This document shows, piece by piece, positions 1 through 12,642 of a stretch of DNA of 64,000 nucleotides. The notes below the pieces were generated by a model. That model did no database searches, was not told the DNA's origin, and was given only the letters and a program-made list of their open reading frames with translations. This DNA comes from Schmidtea nova (lineage: Eukaryota). The DNA is taken from NCBI GenBank assembly GCA_044892505.1, contig CM097883.1, positions 8,122,001 to 8,186,000 on the forward strand. Direction: 5' to 3'. Each line of letters begins with the position of its first letter. Positions within the stretch are counted from its first letter, which is position 1. Both the position numbers and the translations under genes were made by a program.

Positions 1-1464
1 TATGTCAAGAAAACAAATTTACGATGAAGGAATCAACAAACCAAGAACTGTTTGCTTATGGAATGTTTGCAAAAGATTTGTGTAACATTTTCAGTTTGGT
101 TTGCGGCGTGTTTGATTCATTAAAAGATTTAGAAATAGCTATACTTTTTTGTGAAGATATTCTGCCGAAACATCATGAAGAAATGAAAAAAATAAAACTG
201 AACTTGGTCGAACTCATTTCGAAATTAGAAATTATTATCGAGAAAATAACTTTAAATTTGCATTTAGAAAAGGGAGTTTTATTACGATATTTGAGAAGGA
301 TGAGAAAAATTTTTATATTGTAAAATATGACCTTGCACTTGATTTTTATTGAGAAATAAATAAAGTTTCTTTCTGGCCCCTCGTTCTCAATTATTACAAT
401 AAATAACAATACTTCAAACGTATATTTATATTGCAAACTATAATTAATCTGTACACCTTACTTATCTTAACTAAATAAAATAATCTTGATTATTTCATGC
501 TCTACGCTCTGAACACTTAAAATTTATAATCATAATCACTTTATTAAATATTCTAATTTCCTCTCGACCCCACCAAGCCTGATCACAGACGAGCTTTTTA
601 CTTTTACAATCTGTGACTTTTTTTCTATTTCCGCATCACTTTTATAAACAGACATGGATTTGAAATTAGCAATTTGTTAAATGATTAAACTAACCAATTT
701 AAAGTTATATTTTTTTAAAAAGTACTTCAAATATCACAACAATTAAAACACAATTAAAATCAATATTTTTATAAAAAAACTAATAATATTTTTCTATCAG
801 AAAAAATGTTTTTTTATAATTCAAATTAATTTTTTTATTGTCACTTGAAATTATTATCTGATAATTGAAATCTAATTGATAATCCAATTTTTTATTTGAC
901 CGCAAGTTTTATCCCAGAAATCCACACACACTCCGAACAAAAACCACAACTACTGACTTGGTTATATATACACATTACGATCCAAGAATCAATACAGATC
1001 AACAATTTCAAGATAAAGTGAAAACATGCACGATCAGAAAATTATTTAAATAAAATTTGTTGAAATATTTAGTTTTTATTGTTTTTTTATTAAATTATTC
1101 GTTTTATATTGTAAAAATTAGTTTCAGTCTATTTTATAATTTGGGTACTAATTTAAAAAAAATTATAGTTACATTATAGAAATAATAATAATGACAATAA
1201 TAATAATAGTATTAATTATATTCATAAAAATATTAATAAAAAATATTATTATTAATAATAGTAATAAATCAAGTCAAACCTTCAAACAAGGTAATCATTC
1301 GAAAGGTCTTATAGTGTTCTATACATAGGTCATTCTCTCGAAGGTTTATGGAGGGTAACTAAATGAAAAAGTAAAAAAATTCAGAAATCACCGAATTAGT
1401 CATATCATCTTTTCGAATCGAATATTCATCGAATAATGAAATTCGAATTCGTAATCGACAAAAA

Positions 1465-1583
1465 AGTCCACAACACCTCGTATTCCCAGGCGGTCACCCA
1501 TCCAGGTACTAACGAGGCTTTAACCTGCTTAACTTCCGAGATCGAACGAGATCGGGTGAATCCAGATTAGTATGGTCGTGGAC
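1465..1583 (-). rRNA. 5S_rRNA: 5S rRNA gene, edge copy with two substitutions (G65A, T79C)
   Basis: Reverse complement begins GTCCACGACCATAC and ends GTTGTGGACT. Terminal helix GTCCAC/GTGGAC, box A-like AGTTAAGC, box C-like GGATGGGTGACCGCCTGGGAATAC, followed by a T run. Confidence 0.93.
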
Positions 1584-1777
1584 AAAGACTATATTTATTT
1601 GGTACTGAAATATATTATCAATAATTTTTTTTCTCAATGAATTTCGCCGATTCACCACATCATGTTGAGATAGGCTGAAAAAAAGTAAAAAAATTAATTC
1701 AGAACTCACCGAATTAGTCATATCATCTTTTCGAATCGAATATTCATCGAATAATGAAATTCGAATTCGTAATCGAC

Positions 1778-1783
1778 AAAAAA
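1778..1783 (-). terminator. Pol III oligo-T terminator (T6); representative, present after every 5S 3' end
   Basis: A6 on the + strand immediately abutting the 5S 3' end. Confidence 0.85.
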
Positions 1784-1901
1784 GTCCACAACACCTCGTA
1801 TTCCCAGGCGGTCACCCATCCAAGTACTAACGAGGCCTTAACCTGCTTAACTTCCGAGATCGAACGAGATCGGGTGAATCCAGATTAGTATGGTCGTGGA
1901 C
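1783..1901 (-). rRNA. 5S_rRNA: 5S rRNA gene
   Basis: Array consensus GTCCACGACCATACTAATCTGGATTCACCCGATCTCGTTCGATCTCGGAAGTTAAGCAGGTTAAGGCCTCGTTAGTACTTGGATGGGTGACCGCCTGGGAATACGAGGTGTTGTGGACT, typical eukaryotic 5S motifs. Confidence 0.97.
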
Positions 1902-1925
1902 AAAGACTATATTTATTTGGTACTG

Positions 1926-1935
1926 AAATATATTA
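1926..1935 (-). promoter_or_regulatory. Possible TATA-like upstream element of 5S (about -25 to -34); representative
   Basis: TAATATATTT at -34 to -25 from 5S +1. The position is typical, but the background is AT-rich. Confidence 0.3.
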
Positions 1936-2100
1936 TCAATAATTTTTTTTCTCAATGAATTTCGCCGATTCACCACATCATGTTGAGATAGGCTGAAAAA
2001 AAGTAAAAAAATTAATTCAGAACTCACCGAATTAGTCATATCATCTTTTCGAATCGAATATTCATCGAATAATGAAATTCGAATTCGTAATCGACAAAAA

Positions 2101-2219
2101 AGTCCACAACACCTCGTATTCCCAGGCGGTCACCCATCCAAGTACTAACGAGGCCTTAACCTGCTTAACTTCCGAGATCGAATGAGATCGGGTGAATCCA
2201 GATTAGTATGGTCGTGGAC
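2101..2219 (-). rRNA. 5S_rRNA: 5S rRNA gene, G37A variant
   Basis: Consensus except c>t at 2183 on the + strand. Confidence 0.95.
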
Positions 2220-2418
2220 AAAGACTATATTTATTTGGTACTGAAATATATTATCAATAATTTTTTTTCTCAATGAATTTCGCCGATTCACCACATCATG
2301 TTGAGATAGGCTGAAAAAAAGTAAAAAAATTAATTCAGAACTCACCGAATTAGTCATATCATCTTTTCGAATCGAATATTCATCGAATAATGAAATTCGA
2401 ATTCGTAATCGACAAAAA

Positions 2419-2481
2419 AGTCCACAACACCTCGTATTCCCAGGCGGTCACCCATCCAAGTACTAACGAGGCCTTAACCTG
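2419..2481 (-). pseudogene. 5S 3' fragment (nt 57-119) fused to internal ORF1 sequence of E0
   Basis: 5S sequence stops at ...ttaacctg and continues as gctattctatc (element ORF1); 2-bp TG microhomology. Confidence 0.9.
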
Positions 2482-4278
2482 GCTATTCTATCAAGAGCCT
2501 TTAATTGTTGAGCTTTTTTTGGATAGGATTTCTCAATCTCAACAAGAAAATTGTTAATTACAGAAATGGTCTCCGGAGAAATTATATTGTTTACCCTGTC
2601 AATCTCCTGGGCCAGATGAGATTGCTGAAGCTTAAGAACTCGTTCCTGGCAGCTAGTACTATAATAAGAGTCTATCGGAATTTCCCTGATCAAAGCCGGA
2701 GCCCAGGAGACCAAATCACTACAGCGTAAGGAATTAATATTCTCAATGCACATAATGGAGTGCATCAGAAAGCAGTTGCGAAGGTAGTTAAACACATATA
2801 TATCGAACGACGTTTCAGATTTATATTTTAGGGATCCCTGTAAGTTTAAAAGATTTAAAAAAAAATTATATTTATTAGTTTTTCAGGAGATTGTGGCTGA
2901 TTCAACAAATGTCCAAATTCAGTGTCCGAATTTGACATTTCAGTAAAGTCCAGCAGCCCTAGGTTAAACATTATGTCAGCCGCACCTTCATCCTGCAGTC
3001 TGACAGAGCTCTGGCAATTTTTGGGCAATTTTATGAATTTACCCCCCACAAATGAGATCTCTGCAGGAAAGTTTTTAGAAAATTTTAATTCATTTATTAA
3101 TTTAATTAATAAATTAGGATTTTTATTTAGATTTTCAACAAAATAAAGTTGAGGAATCTCAGGAAAAGATTTCGTCAGCTCTTCCAGCTGAGTACGGGAA
3201 AGTTCAGTTGGATTTTGACTAGTGCTGACATTGGCAGAGACACCAGATTTAAAAAGATCCAGCAAGAGGAACTCTCCATCACAAAATTTCACCTGCGAAT
3301 TTATCAAAAAGTTTGGGATTTCACCCTGTTGCTTGAGATCGTGCACGATGTTGTTAATTCGGATTTTTCTATCCTAAGCATTTTTAATAACAACAGTTTC
3401 AGCAAACTTATTTGTGAGAGCAAATAAAAATTTTTTAATATAGAGGGAAGCAGGAACAAATTTGTATTCGTTACAGGTAGGCACTATAACGTTAGATCCA
3501 ATTAAAAAGATGCCCTTATTTGGCTTTTTTATTGCTGGGATAGATGGTTTTGAATCAGCTTTCGAAAGATCAACAAGCACACATATGTGGCGATTTCTAT
3601 AAAATAGCCTTTCAAAACCTGATATCCCCAACGGGTTATCTGATTTTGATATTTGGCAAAGAATATTATTAATTTTATTAAATTTTTCTTTACTTTCTTT
3701 TGATTTTAATAGTTTTTCTATATTTATATTAGTTTTTAAATAATTTAATTTTTCCCTTTTAGTCAAATGGCGTAGAAAAATAGTTGAAAATACTGTGCCA
3801 TCTTTTTTATTTTTACTATTGGGTCTGATTTTTTATTTAAAGATTTTTTATTTAAAGATTTTTCAGCAGGACCAGACCGAGGCTGAAAATTCTTTTCAAT
3901 TATTGGATTTTGATTTAAATTAAAAAATTTATCTTTATTATTATCAATTGTAATTTTAAAATTTATTAATTTAGACTCATTAGCATTTGTCTTTTCAGTT
4001 TTATTAATGAGTACTATTTTTATTTTAGAAGGGTCAAACTCATCACGGCCCAAACTCTTATCAAGAATAATCTGCCTAGCAGAAAAAAAATCATTTAATT
4101 TATTTTCATTATTATCTTTATTATACAAATTATTAATATTCAAAAAAGGTTTATCATTAATACATTTACTAGCATTTGAATATTTCAAACTACTTTCAGA
4201 TTTAATATTTACAAAATATTCATCTGAAATATTCAAATGCTCCAAAAGAAAATTTAACTTACTGTTAATTTCTTCCAT
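2480..4278 (-). pseudogene. ORF1 of E0, frameshifted, nonsense-disrupted and 3'-truncated
   Basis: Fragments of 202, 130, 163 and 110 aa in the ORF track map onto the intact ORF1 of E4. Confidence 0.88.
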
Positions 4279-4388
4279 CAACAGAGCAGCCAAATCTAAA
4301 CCAATCTGAAAATCTAAATTTATAAATATATATGCTAAAAATTTATTATTTAAATAAACTATTAAAATCAAAAATTTTAAAAATTTTA
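2480..4388 (-). mobile_element. E0: 5' 1.9 kb of the retrotransposon (subfamily A); ORF2 and 3' UTR deleted
   Basis: Matches 10398-12306 of E1 (offset 7918). Normal 5' junction at 4388/4389. Confidence 0.92.
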
Positions 4389-4427
4389 AACGAGATCGGG
4401 TGAATAAAGATTATTATGGTCGTGGAC
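4389..4427 (-). pseudogene. Variant 5S 5' half (nt 1-39; C14A, G21T, G22T) at the E0 5' junction
   Basis: + strand aacgagatcgggtgaataaagattattatggtcgtggac versus wild type ...gaatccagattagtatggtcgtggac. Confidence 0.9.
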
Positions 4428-4626
4428 AAAGACTATATTTATTTGGTACTGAAATATATTATCAATAATTTTTTTTCTCAATGAATTTCGCCGATTCACC
4501 ACATCATGTTGAGATAGGCTGAAAAAAAGTAAAAAAATTAATTCAGAACTCACCGAATTAGTCATATCATCTTTTCGAATCGAATATTCATCGAATAATG
4601 AAATTCGAATTCGTAATCGACAAAAA

Positions 4627-4724
4627 AGTCCACAACACCTCGTATTCCCAGGCGGTCACCCATCCAAGTACTAACGAGGCCTTAACCTGCTTAACTTCCG
4701 AGATCGAACGAGATCGGGTGAATC
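4627..4724 (-). pseudogene. 5S 3' half (nt 22-119) at the E1 3' junction
   Basis: 5S sequence ends at ...cgggtgaatc, then gaaaaagttttattt (element). Confidence 0.92.
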
Positions 4725-5331
4725 GAAAAAGTTTTATTTAATAATAAAATTTGAAAATTTACAAGAGGACAATGCTCAACATGGAGCACGCCAAACAGGC
4801 AATATACAAGAACAAAAGAGTCAGAAAGAAATCAATCAAATCAATGTAATTGTCGAGATATTTTCGACTCAATTGTCATTTGCAACTGCCGGAATTGTCC
4901 CAGGCATTGGATGTGGTTTTCCTTCGGATAATAGCTCCGGCTTAATTCGATATAGCTTTTGATGCATCTGCCAGGTACACGAATGAGATCGGATCGATAA
5001 CATCAACAAAAGAGAGAAGTGTCACGTGTAAGTCGGAAAACGGGCTTCTCGAGCTGTAGCGACAAGTCATCACAGTTAGAGATTAGGCAATTCCCGGCTA
5101 ACGCAATATTTACAGGCATCTTTCTGATCCCAGCTAAATCTCATCAATTCTATCTAAATATTTGCAAGAAAGGGAAATATATATATATAAACATAAATGA
5201 TAATAATTATATATAATAAATCCGGACCTTGGAGAAGGGGATATTTAAAACATAAAATGTACTACTTTTATACATCAAGGTAAATGTAACAATGACAAAC
5301 CTCAATTGAATAAAAACAAAGAATATTTACA

Positions 5332-8300
5332 TTAATTTTGATCTTTAATAAAGAGATTATCATCATCAAAGGTGGGTAGGATACCATTCTTGTGGAAGTA
5401 CCATCGCTTGGCAGAGTGTGCGATGTTACTTATGGAACATTTCTTTAGAAGTCCATCCACCTGGCCTTTCTTTACACCAATCTTTTGAAGGACTTGCGAA
5501 GTTTCTGGAGGAAAAGAGCCAAGAGCACCAATAATACAAGTGTCAAGCTATACTTTAAAGTCGGGTTTAGCAGCTTGTATATCAGTTTTCAAAGAGTTAT
5601 ATTTTGCCAGATTCAATGAATTTACTCGATCAAAGTGGGTCAATGAATCACTAGGGCATTTCAAATCAACCAGGAAAATTCTTTTACGAGACACGTCCGT
5701 TATAAGCAAATCAACTCGTTTTTTGGAAAGCGGAACAAGTGAGCATGCGTGATCAACTACAACAATCAAGTTTTTATTAGATTGAAGTTGTTTCGCGATA
5801 AGTTTAAGACAAGCGTCATGCCGCTCAGAACCCAGTGTCAGATGTACCTTGCATGATTGGAATACATGAGAAGAGGTCTCATCATCTTCATGACACCGAC
5901 GACATAGTCTTTTCTCACCTCTGTTATAAGGCTTTGCAAGAGTGGAAAGAGTGTTTGTGCGAGCTCTGTGAATGAAATTCCAGCTAAATTCGGACAATTC
6001 ACTTCGATAAATTGCTTTATTCACTATCGGTGAAAGTTTTACTGCTGAAGCGATGATGTTGGAAATACAGCTTTTTTCCCATTTGGCCAAATATGAATCA
6101 CAGAGCATCATGTGTAGTATTTTTGATGTTGTCTGACGAGTGTCAGGAGTTACAATGCAAGTACCACGCTCTGCAGTGGTGATGTATAGTCATGGTTCTC
6201 GATTCGTGACTGTGAATGTAATGCTAATGTCATGAGTCTTTTCAAAGAAAGCAACCGCAATCCTAGCTCTTTGAAATCGAGTTTTCTTTCCAGAATGGGG
6301 AGAAAAAGACTCTTTACCATTGAGCCAATCAAGATTTTCTTGAAGAGTTGGATTTTTTATCCCAAGACGTGGACTAGTGACAAAAGCCAAAGAGTCAAGA
6401 TTAACTTTCCTCGCAAAGTCACATTTTGACGTGATGAGTCGGAAAAAGTGCGTAATAGTCTGCGTGTGATACTCCTCAAGGAGATCAACACAATTTGCTC
6501 CACCATTTTCTGTGTAGTTGTAAAAATAACTCACTTCAGAGTGACTTGGTAAAAGCAGCATTTTTCTCAAGTGATTTCTCATTTGGCTGGTGATATTTAC
6601 CGAGAGATTACTATTACCACAAGATTTAGAGAGAGCACTAGTTTTAATCTCTCTGGTTCTGAAAGGAAAGATCAAGCGAGAGTGGATGAAGATCTTGTAG
6701 GCTTTCAGTTTTTGCCAACCAAGCAAATCAGAATCGGCAAGTTTTTTAGTGTCAGTTAAAGCTTGTTCAAGAATGTCATATGGACTCTGATCAGTTTCTT
6801 CCCCTACTGGCACACCAAGGTATTGGTAGAATTCATTAGACAAGAGCTTTTGAATTTTGACATTATTGATGGAAATTTCGCTGTCAATGTGGACATTTGG
6901 CAGTTGTAAATAGCCACATTTTTCCGGGCGATATTCAAAGCCTATTTTGGTGGCAGTTGTAACAGCAATGTTGACGAGTTTTTGTAAGTCATCTACAGAT
7001 TTAGCAACAATGGCAATATCATCAGCGTATGCGAGAATCTTGACAGATGATTCTCCAATAGTAAAAGCATCACAAACTGTACTGGAAACAGCTTCCAGTA
7101 CAGGGTTTATTGCCAAAGCAAACAGAATCATGGAGATGGGACATCCCTGCTTGACACCCTTTTTAATCAGGATGTTAGGGGTTACGATAGGCCCACAACT
7201 ATAAAAGGAGCTAGTGTCAGAGTATAACATTTGCAAGATGGAAGCAAATTCTTCACCAACTCCAATGTACCGGAGTAAGGACCACATGTAATCATGTGGG
7301 ACACTACCAAATGCATCCTTAATATCAAGCCAGGCGATAGAGAGAGTACAGCGCTTACTATACTTGGAATGCTCAAGCGCTGCAGACAGAATTGAGTTGT
7401 GCTCAACACAACCATCATGTTCAGAACCACCTTTCTGCCCAACATGCAAAAGATTGTTCAAGGTTATCCAGCGTGTAAGGCGAGAGGCAAGGCAGGAAGC
7501 GAATACTTTGTTGATGACAGAGAGTAGGGCAATTGGACGCCAAGACGATACGTCAGCATATTTATTATTTTTGTTAGGCTTAGGAGTTAAAAGGGTTTTA
7601 AAGGCCTTCCAACTGTCAGGTATGGACTTTTCAGTAATGATCTTGTTGAATAAAAAGGCAAGTATATGACCCTCAGGATCTAGACGCAACAAGTCACGAT
7701 ATTGTAATAAATCAATACCAGGACTAGTGTTGTCAGCCTTCCTAAGTTCATACACTACCTCCTTACTCGTAATGCATTGCAGAGGAAGTATTCGTTCAGA
7801 ACGTTTACAGAATACGAATAATTTCTCCCACTGGCCACGTATTGGAGCTTCATGAGAAAAATATTTGACGATATTCTGAAATGTTGGTCGGGTAGGTACA
7901 TCAAAGTTATTGATGACCATGTTGACCGCCGATTTCATGTCCGTGGTAAATTTTTCAATAAGTTTAGTTTTGCTGATTTTAGAGGCTCTCGGTCTGGTTC
8001 CCAAGTAAGGTTTTGACAAAGGCTTAAGTTTCTCAGGAAACTGTTCATTAATTGCATAAATAATTTCATTGGTGCTAAAATTTGCCCATTTAATAACAAG
8101 TAATTCAGCATTAGTTATACGCTGTTTGATAGAGATATTTGTAGCAAAGTTATTATCAAGTTTAGCTTTACCTAGACTTTCAAATTTATCATGTTCTTTT
8201 ACGTGAAAGACCAAAGAACTAACTATATTTCCAATCTCACGCAGGTTTAAGTTTATGAGGGGTAAATCCTTTGAGTAATTGTTAATAAAAGAACATAAAA

Positions 8301-9957
8301 GCACTTTACTTATTAGACCTGAGCCGCGGATGTCATGAGGACATTCACAAAAATTTAAAACGCCGCCTGGTGTTTCTTTAATTTCATTTATTTTATTTCT
8401 GAGTATTCGACAGGTTGACATGTAATTGTCGTTATCAGTCAAAGATGTTGGATTGATAAGATAACAAGTATCAACACTATAGTCGAGAATAAGTAAAATT
8501 TCTCGATGTTTCGGAGGTGCAACAATAGCAAAGATGACTTGTGACTTGATGATCCACTCAAAGTTTAAAAATTCGTTTAGGTGCTGAGTGCAATCATCAA
8601 GAATCGCCAAGCACATTGTAGAATTTAGAAGCAAGAATCGATTAGGTAAATTTAAATTATTAAAAAATTTTGTGATGATTTTATCAGTGATTTTAGAATT
8701 TAGTAAATTTAAATTCTGAGAGATCTCATTCACTTCCCTTAATTTTAATAAATTTAGGGACTCACTGATCTTCGAAATGGATACCTCTTTATTGAAGAAT
8801 AATCTTTCAAGCAACTCAATAAAGACAGATGCAAAGAGAATTGGGTCATCAGAGACGATAGGCCAAAGCTCAATGTTGTGATTAGGTTTGAAGCTAATGT
8901 CCGATGATAGAAAAAACTTATTTAGATAGTCAGTCATATTATCGCTAATACCAAGCAGACGTTCCGAAAGAAGTTTTTCTTGATTGTTGAAGATGTGGCT
9001 AGCACCGTATGCAGTAGAAAAGAGATATAGGCACCAGTAATTCTCATTTGGGATAACACTTATAACATGGTTAATCCCAAGAAAATGTTTGAATGTGACA
9101 TTTTCTATAATGAATGACTCGTTTTGAGCAATCATATTTAATGTCAATTCGTGTGACAGAACCAAGATGTTCTTATGGTCCTTGAACCATTCCGCAATAA
9201 GGGAGGAGACACACGAGTTTCTTTTGAGAAGAAAAATGTGATTGTGTTTATTCACAACTGTTACCTTTTTAGATTGTTTTTTGTCAGTAATCTTTGGTAT
9301 CCCACCCCCAGATGATTTAGGTAATTCACTCATCATGGACAATTTAAATTGGTGGACATCCTTTCTAATGGACTCGATAAAGTCAACAGGAAACTTCTGC
9401 CATTCGCCACTTATCATCATAGCATACGCGCAGATGAAAGGACCACAGTCGTAGTTGTTGTCTTGAAAGACAAGGGATTTGTGTGGATGAAAGAAAACTG
9501 CAGATTTCAAATTAAACAAACGATTCAAAGCAATGTTGGTTTGAAGCGCAGTCGCTTTATTACTAAGTGAGTGGCGGTTGTCAAAAATTGGATCAACAAA
9601 GTAAGAAGTCAACGAGGACTTGCAATACACAAACAAGATCCAGTGAGATTGGTCAATGTTAAGGGGGCACAATAATATTTGCGCTGACAAAACTCTTTCC
9701 GGCATTGGAAAAATATCATCCGAAAGGTTTGCCCTTAAAATCTCTATTTGGAAACATTTTACAGGCGCAAATTTAGGGTTACTGATGTGACTTTCTAAAT
9801 AGTTATCAATGTCATCATCAGTGAACCAGACTTTAGGGTTACGTATTATGCTTTGGTTTTTGAAAAGATTAACTATATTATTAGGGATAATACTATCTGT
9901 GCTGTCTGCAACAGTCTCGTTGGAGATTGGGACAGATATTGAGACTGGTGCAGGCAC
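5332..9957 (-). pseudogene. ORF2 of E1 (protease-RT-RLE) with two premature stops
   Basis: 1255-aa and 187-aa fragments collinear with the 1541-aa ORF2 of E4. TGG>TGA at 6190-6192 and GAG>TAG at 5548-5550. Confidence 0.92.
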
Positions 9958-9963
9958 GCACCT

Positions 9964-12196
9964 TCATTTACTTTTTGTTGTCGTACATTTGGGTTTTTTG
10001 ATCTGTCTAGGTGGCAGATCTTGAACTGTGCTTTTGCAAAGTTCTACGGCAGATGACGGATCATCATCAATATCCGTTGGTAGTTTACGCTTAGGATTCA
10101 CTGTTTCTGGTGTAGAAGCAATAGGAACAGATTCATCAGTAACTTCAGCGCTTTGGCCAGGGTTAACAGCCTCGCTGGCAGTATCAGGGTTCAGAAGTGG
10201 ACTTATCGACTCAAGAAGCCTGGTAATGCACTTACCAACACCTATAGAACAGATCTTTCGGCAAGACTTTGGTACACGGAAGGAAAATTTATTTTTCAGC
10301 AAAAAGCTTTTCTTGTCCCTTACAACAAAGAACAGGAGCCTTTTTGCTTTGGTGGTATCAGGAATAATCGAGTCAGATTCAAAATCGTTAATTCCATTGG
10401 CTATTCTATCAAGAGCCTTTAATTGTTGAGCTTTTTTTGGATAGGATTTCTCAATCTCAACAAGAAAATTGTTAATTACAGAAATGGTCTCCGGAGAAAT
10501 TATATTGTTTACCCTGTCAATCTCCTGGGCCAGATGAGATTGCTGAAGCTTAAGAACTCGTTCCTGGCAGCTAGTACTATAATAAGAGTCTATCGGAATT
10601 TCCCTGATCAAAGCCGGAGCCCAGGAGACCAAATCACTACAGCGTAAGGAATTAATATTCTCAATGCACATAATGGAGTGCATCAGAAAGCAGTTGCGAA
10701 GGTAGTTAAACACATATATATCGAACGACGTTTCAGATTTATATTTTAGGGATCCCTGTAAGTTTAAAAGATTTTAAAAAAAATTATATTTATTAGTTTT
10801 TCAGGAGATTGTGGCTGATTCAACAAATGTCCAAATTCAGTGTCCGAATTTGACATTTCAGTAAAGTCCAGCAGCCCTAGGTTAAACATTATGTCAGCCG
10901 CACCTTCATCCTGCAGTCTGACAGAGCTCTGGCAATTTTTGGGCAATTTTATGAATTTACCCCCCACAAATGAGATCTCTGCAGGAAAGTTTTTAGAAAA
11001 TTTTAATTCATTTATTAATTTAATTAATAAATTAGGATTTTTATTTAGATTTTCAACAAAATAAAGTTGAGGAATCTCAGGAAAAGATTTCGTCAGCTCT
11101 TCCAGCTGAGTACGGGAAAGTTCAGTTGGATTTTGACTAGTGCTGACATTGGCAGAGACACCAGATTTAAAAAGATCCAGCAAGAGGAACTCTCCATCAC
11201 AAAATTTCACCTGCGAATTTATCAAAAAGTTTGGGATTTCACCCTGTTGCTTGAGATCGTGCACGATGTTGTTAATTCGGATTTTTCTATCCTAAGCATT
11301 TTTAATAACAACAGTTTCAGCAAACTTATTTGTGAGAGCAAATAAAAATTTTTTAATATAGAGGGAAGCAGGAACAAATTTGTATTCGTTACAGGTAGGC
11401 ACTATAACGTTAGATCCAATTAAAAAGATGCCCTTATTTGGCTTTTTTATTGCTGGGATAGATGGTTTTGAATCAGCTTTCGAAAGATCAACAAGCACAC
11501 ATATGTGGCGATTTCTATAAAATAGCCTTTCAAAACCTGATATCCCCAACGGGTTATCTGATTTTGATATTTGGCAAAGAATATTATTAATTTTATTAAA
11601 TTTTTCTTTACTTTCTTTTGATTTTAATAGTTTTTCTATATTTATATTAGTTTTTAAATAATTTAATTTTTCCCTTTTAGTCAAATGGCGTAGAAAAATA
11701 GTTGAAAATACTGTGCCATCTTTTTTATTTTTACTATTGGGTCTGATTTTTTATTTAAAGATTTTTTATTTAAAGATTTTTCAGCAGGACCAGACCGAGG
11801 CTGAAAATTCTTTTCAATTATTGGATTTTGATTTAAATTAAAAAATTTATCTTTATTATTATCAATTGTAATTTTAAAATTTATTAATTTAGACTCATTA
11901 GCATTTGTCTTTTCAGTTTTATTAATGAGTACTATTTTTATTTTAGAAGGGTCAAACTCATCACGGCCCAAACTCTTATCAAGAATAATCTGCCTAGCAG
12001 AAAAAAAATCATTTAATTTATTTTCATTATTATCTTTATTATACAAATTATTAATATTCAAAAAAGGTTTATCATTAATACATTTACTAGCATTTGAATA
12101 TTTCAAACTACTTTCAGATTTAATATTTACAAAATATTCATCTGAAATATTCAAATGCTCCAAAAGAAAATTTAACTTACTGTTAATTTCTTCCAT
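9964..12196 (-). pseudogene. ORF1 of E1, disrupted
   Basis: Four fragments (202, 130, 166, 249 aa) collinear with the intact ORF1. Confidence 0.9.
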
Positions 12197-12306
12197 CAAC
12201 AGAGCAGCCAAATCTAAACCAATCTGAAAATCTAAATTTATAAATATATATGCTAAAAATTTATTATTTAAATAAACTATTAAAATCAAAAATTTTAAAA
12301 ATTTTA

Positions 12307-12345
12307 AACGAGATCGGGTGAATAAAGATTATTATGGTCGTGGAC
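12307..12345 (-). pseudogene. Variant 5S 5' half (nt 1-39) at the E1 5' junction
   Basis: Same three substitutions as at 4389-4427. Confidence 0.9.
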
Positions 12346-12544
12346 AAAGACTATATTTATTTGGTACTGAAATATATTATCAATAATTTTTTTTCTCAAT
12401 GAATTTCGCCGATTCACCACATCATGTTGAGATAGGCTGAAAAAAAGTAAAAAAATTAATTCAGAACTCACCGAATTAGTCATATCATCTTTTCGAATCG
12501 AATATTCATCGAATAATGAAATTCGAATTCGTAATCGACAAAAA

Positions 12545-12642
12545 AGTCCACAACACCTCGTATTCCCAGGCGGTCACCCATCCAAGTACTAACGAGGCCT
12601 TAACCTGCTTAACTTCCGAGATCGAACGAGATCGGGTGAATC
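12545..12642 (-). pseudogene. 5S 3' half (nt 22-119) at the E2 3' junction
   Basis: Junction identical to that of E1. Confidence 0.92.

Larger units (their letters stand above)
4725..12306 (-). mobile_element. E1: full-length (7582 bp) inactivated RLE non-LTR retrotransposon, subfamily A
   Basis: Both junctions lie in 5S. ORF1 has two 1-bp deletions and one TAG; ORF2 has TGA at codon 1256 and TAG at codon 1470. Confidence 0.95.

Noticed and set aside
24-323. 99-aa plus-strand ORF in the unique flank, and a short open stretch at about 907-1050
   Set aside because: No recognisable motif. These may be host exon fragments but cannot be supported without homology or RNA data.
1276-1348. 8-bp inverted repeat AAACCTTC/GAAGGTTT just outside the array
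   Set aside because: Too short to call a transposon terminus or RNA gene; no TSD or further pairing seen.
1584-1782. Spliced-leader or snRNA gene in the 5S spacer, as in some nematode arrays
   Set aside because: I could not recognise an SL exon with a GT donor and Sm site, or any snRNA motif, in the 199-bp spacer. An Rfam/Infernal scan would settle it.
1783-1901. Host assignment to planarians from 5S resemblance and the R5-like two-ORF layout
   Set aside because: Resemblance is from memory only and partial. A 5S/RT database search is needed, so no taxon is claimed.
6187-6192. UGA-CUA readthrough-type context at the premature stop in E1/E2 ORF2
   Set aside because: It arises from TGG CTC > TGA CTA only in copies that carry several other disabling lesions; most likely coincidence.
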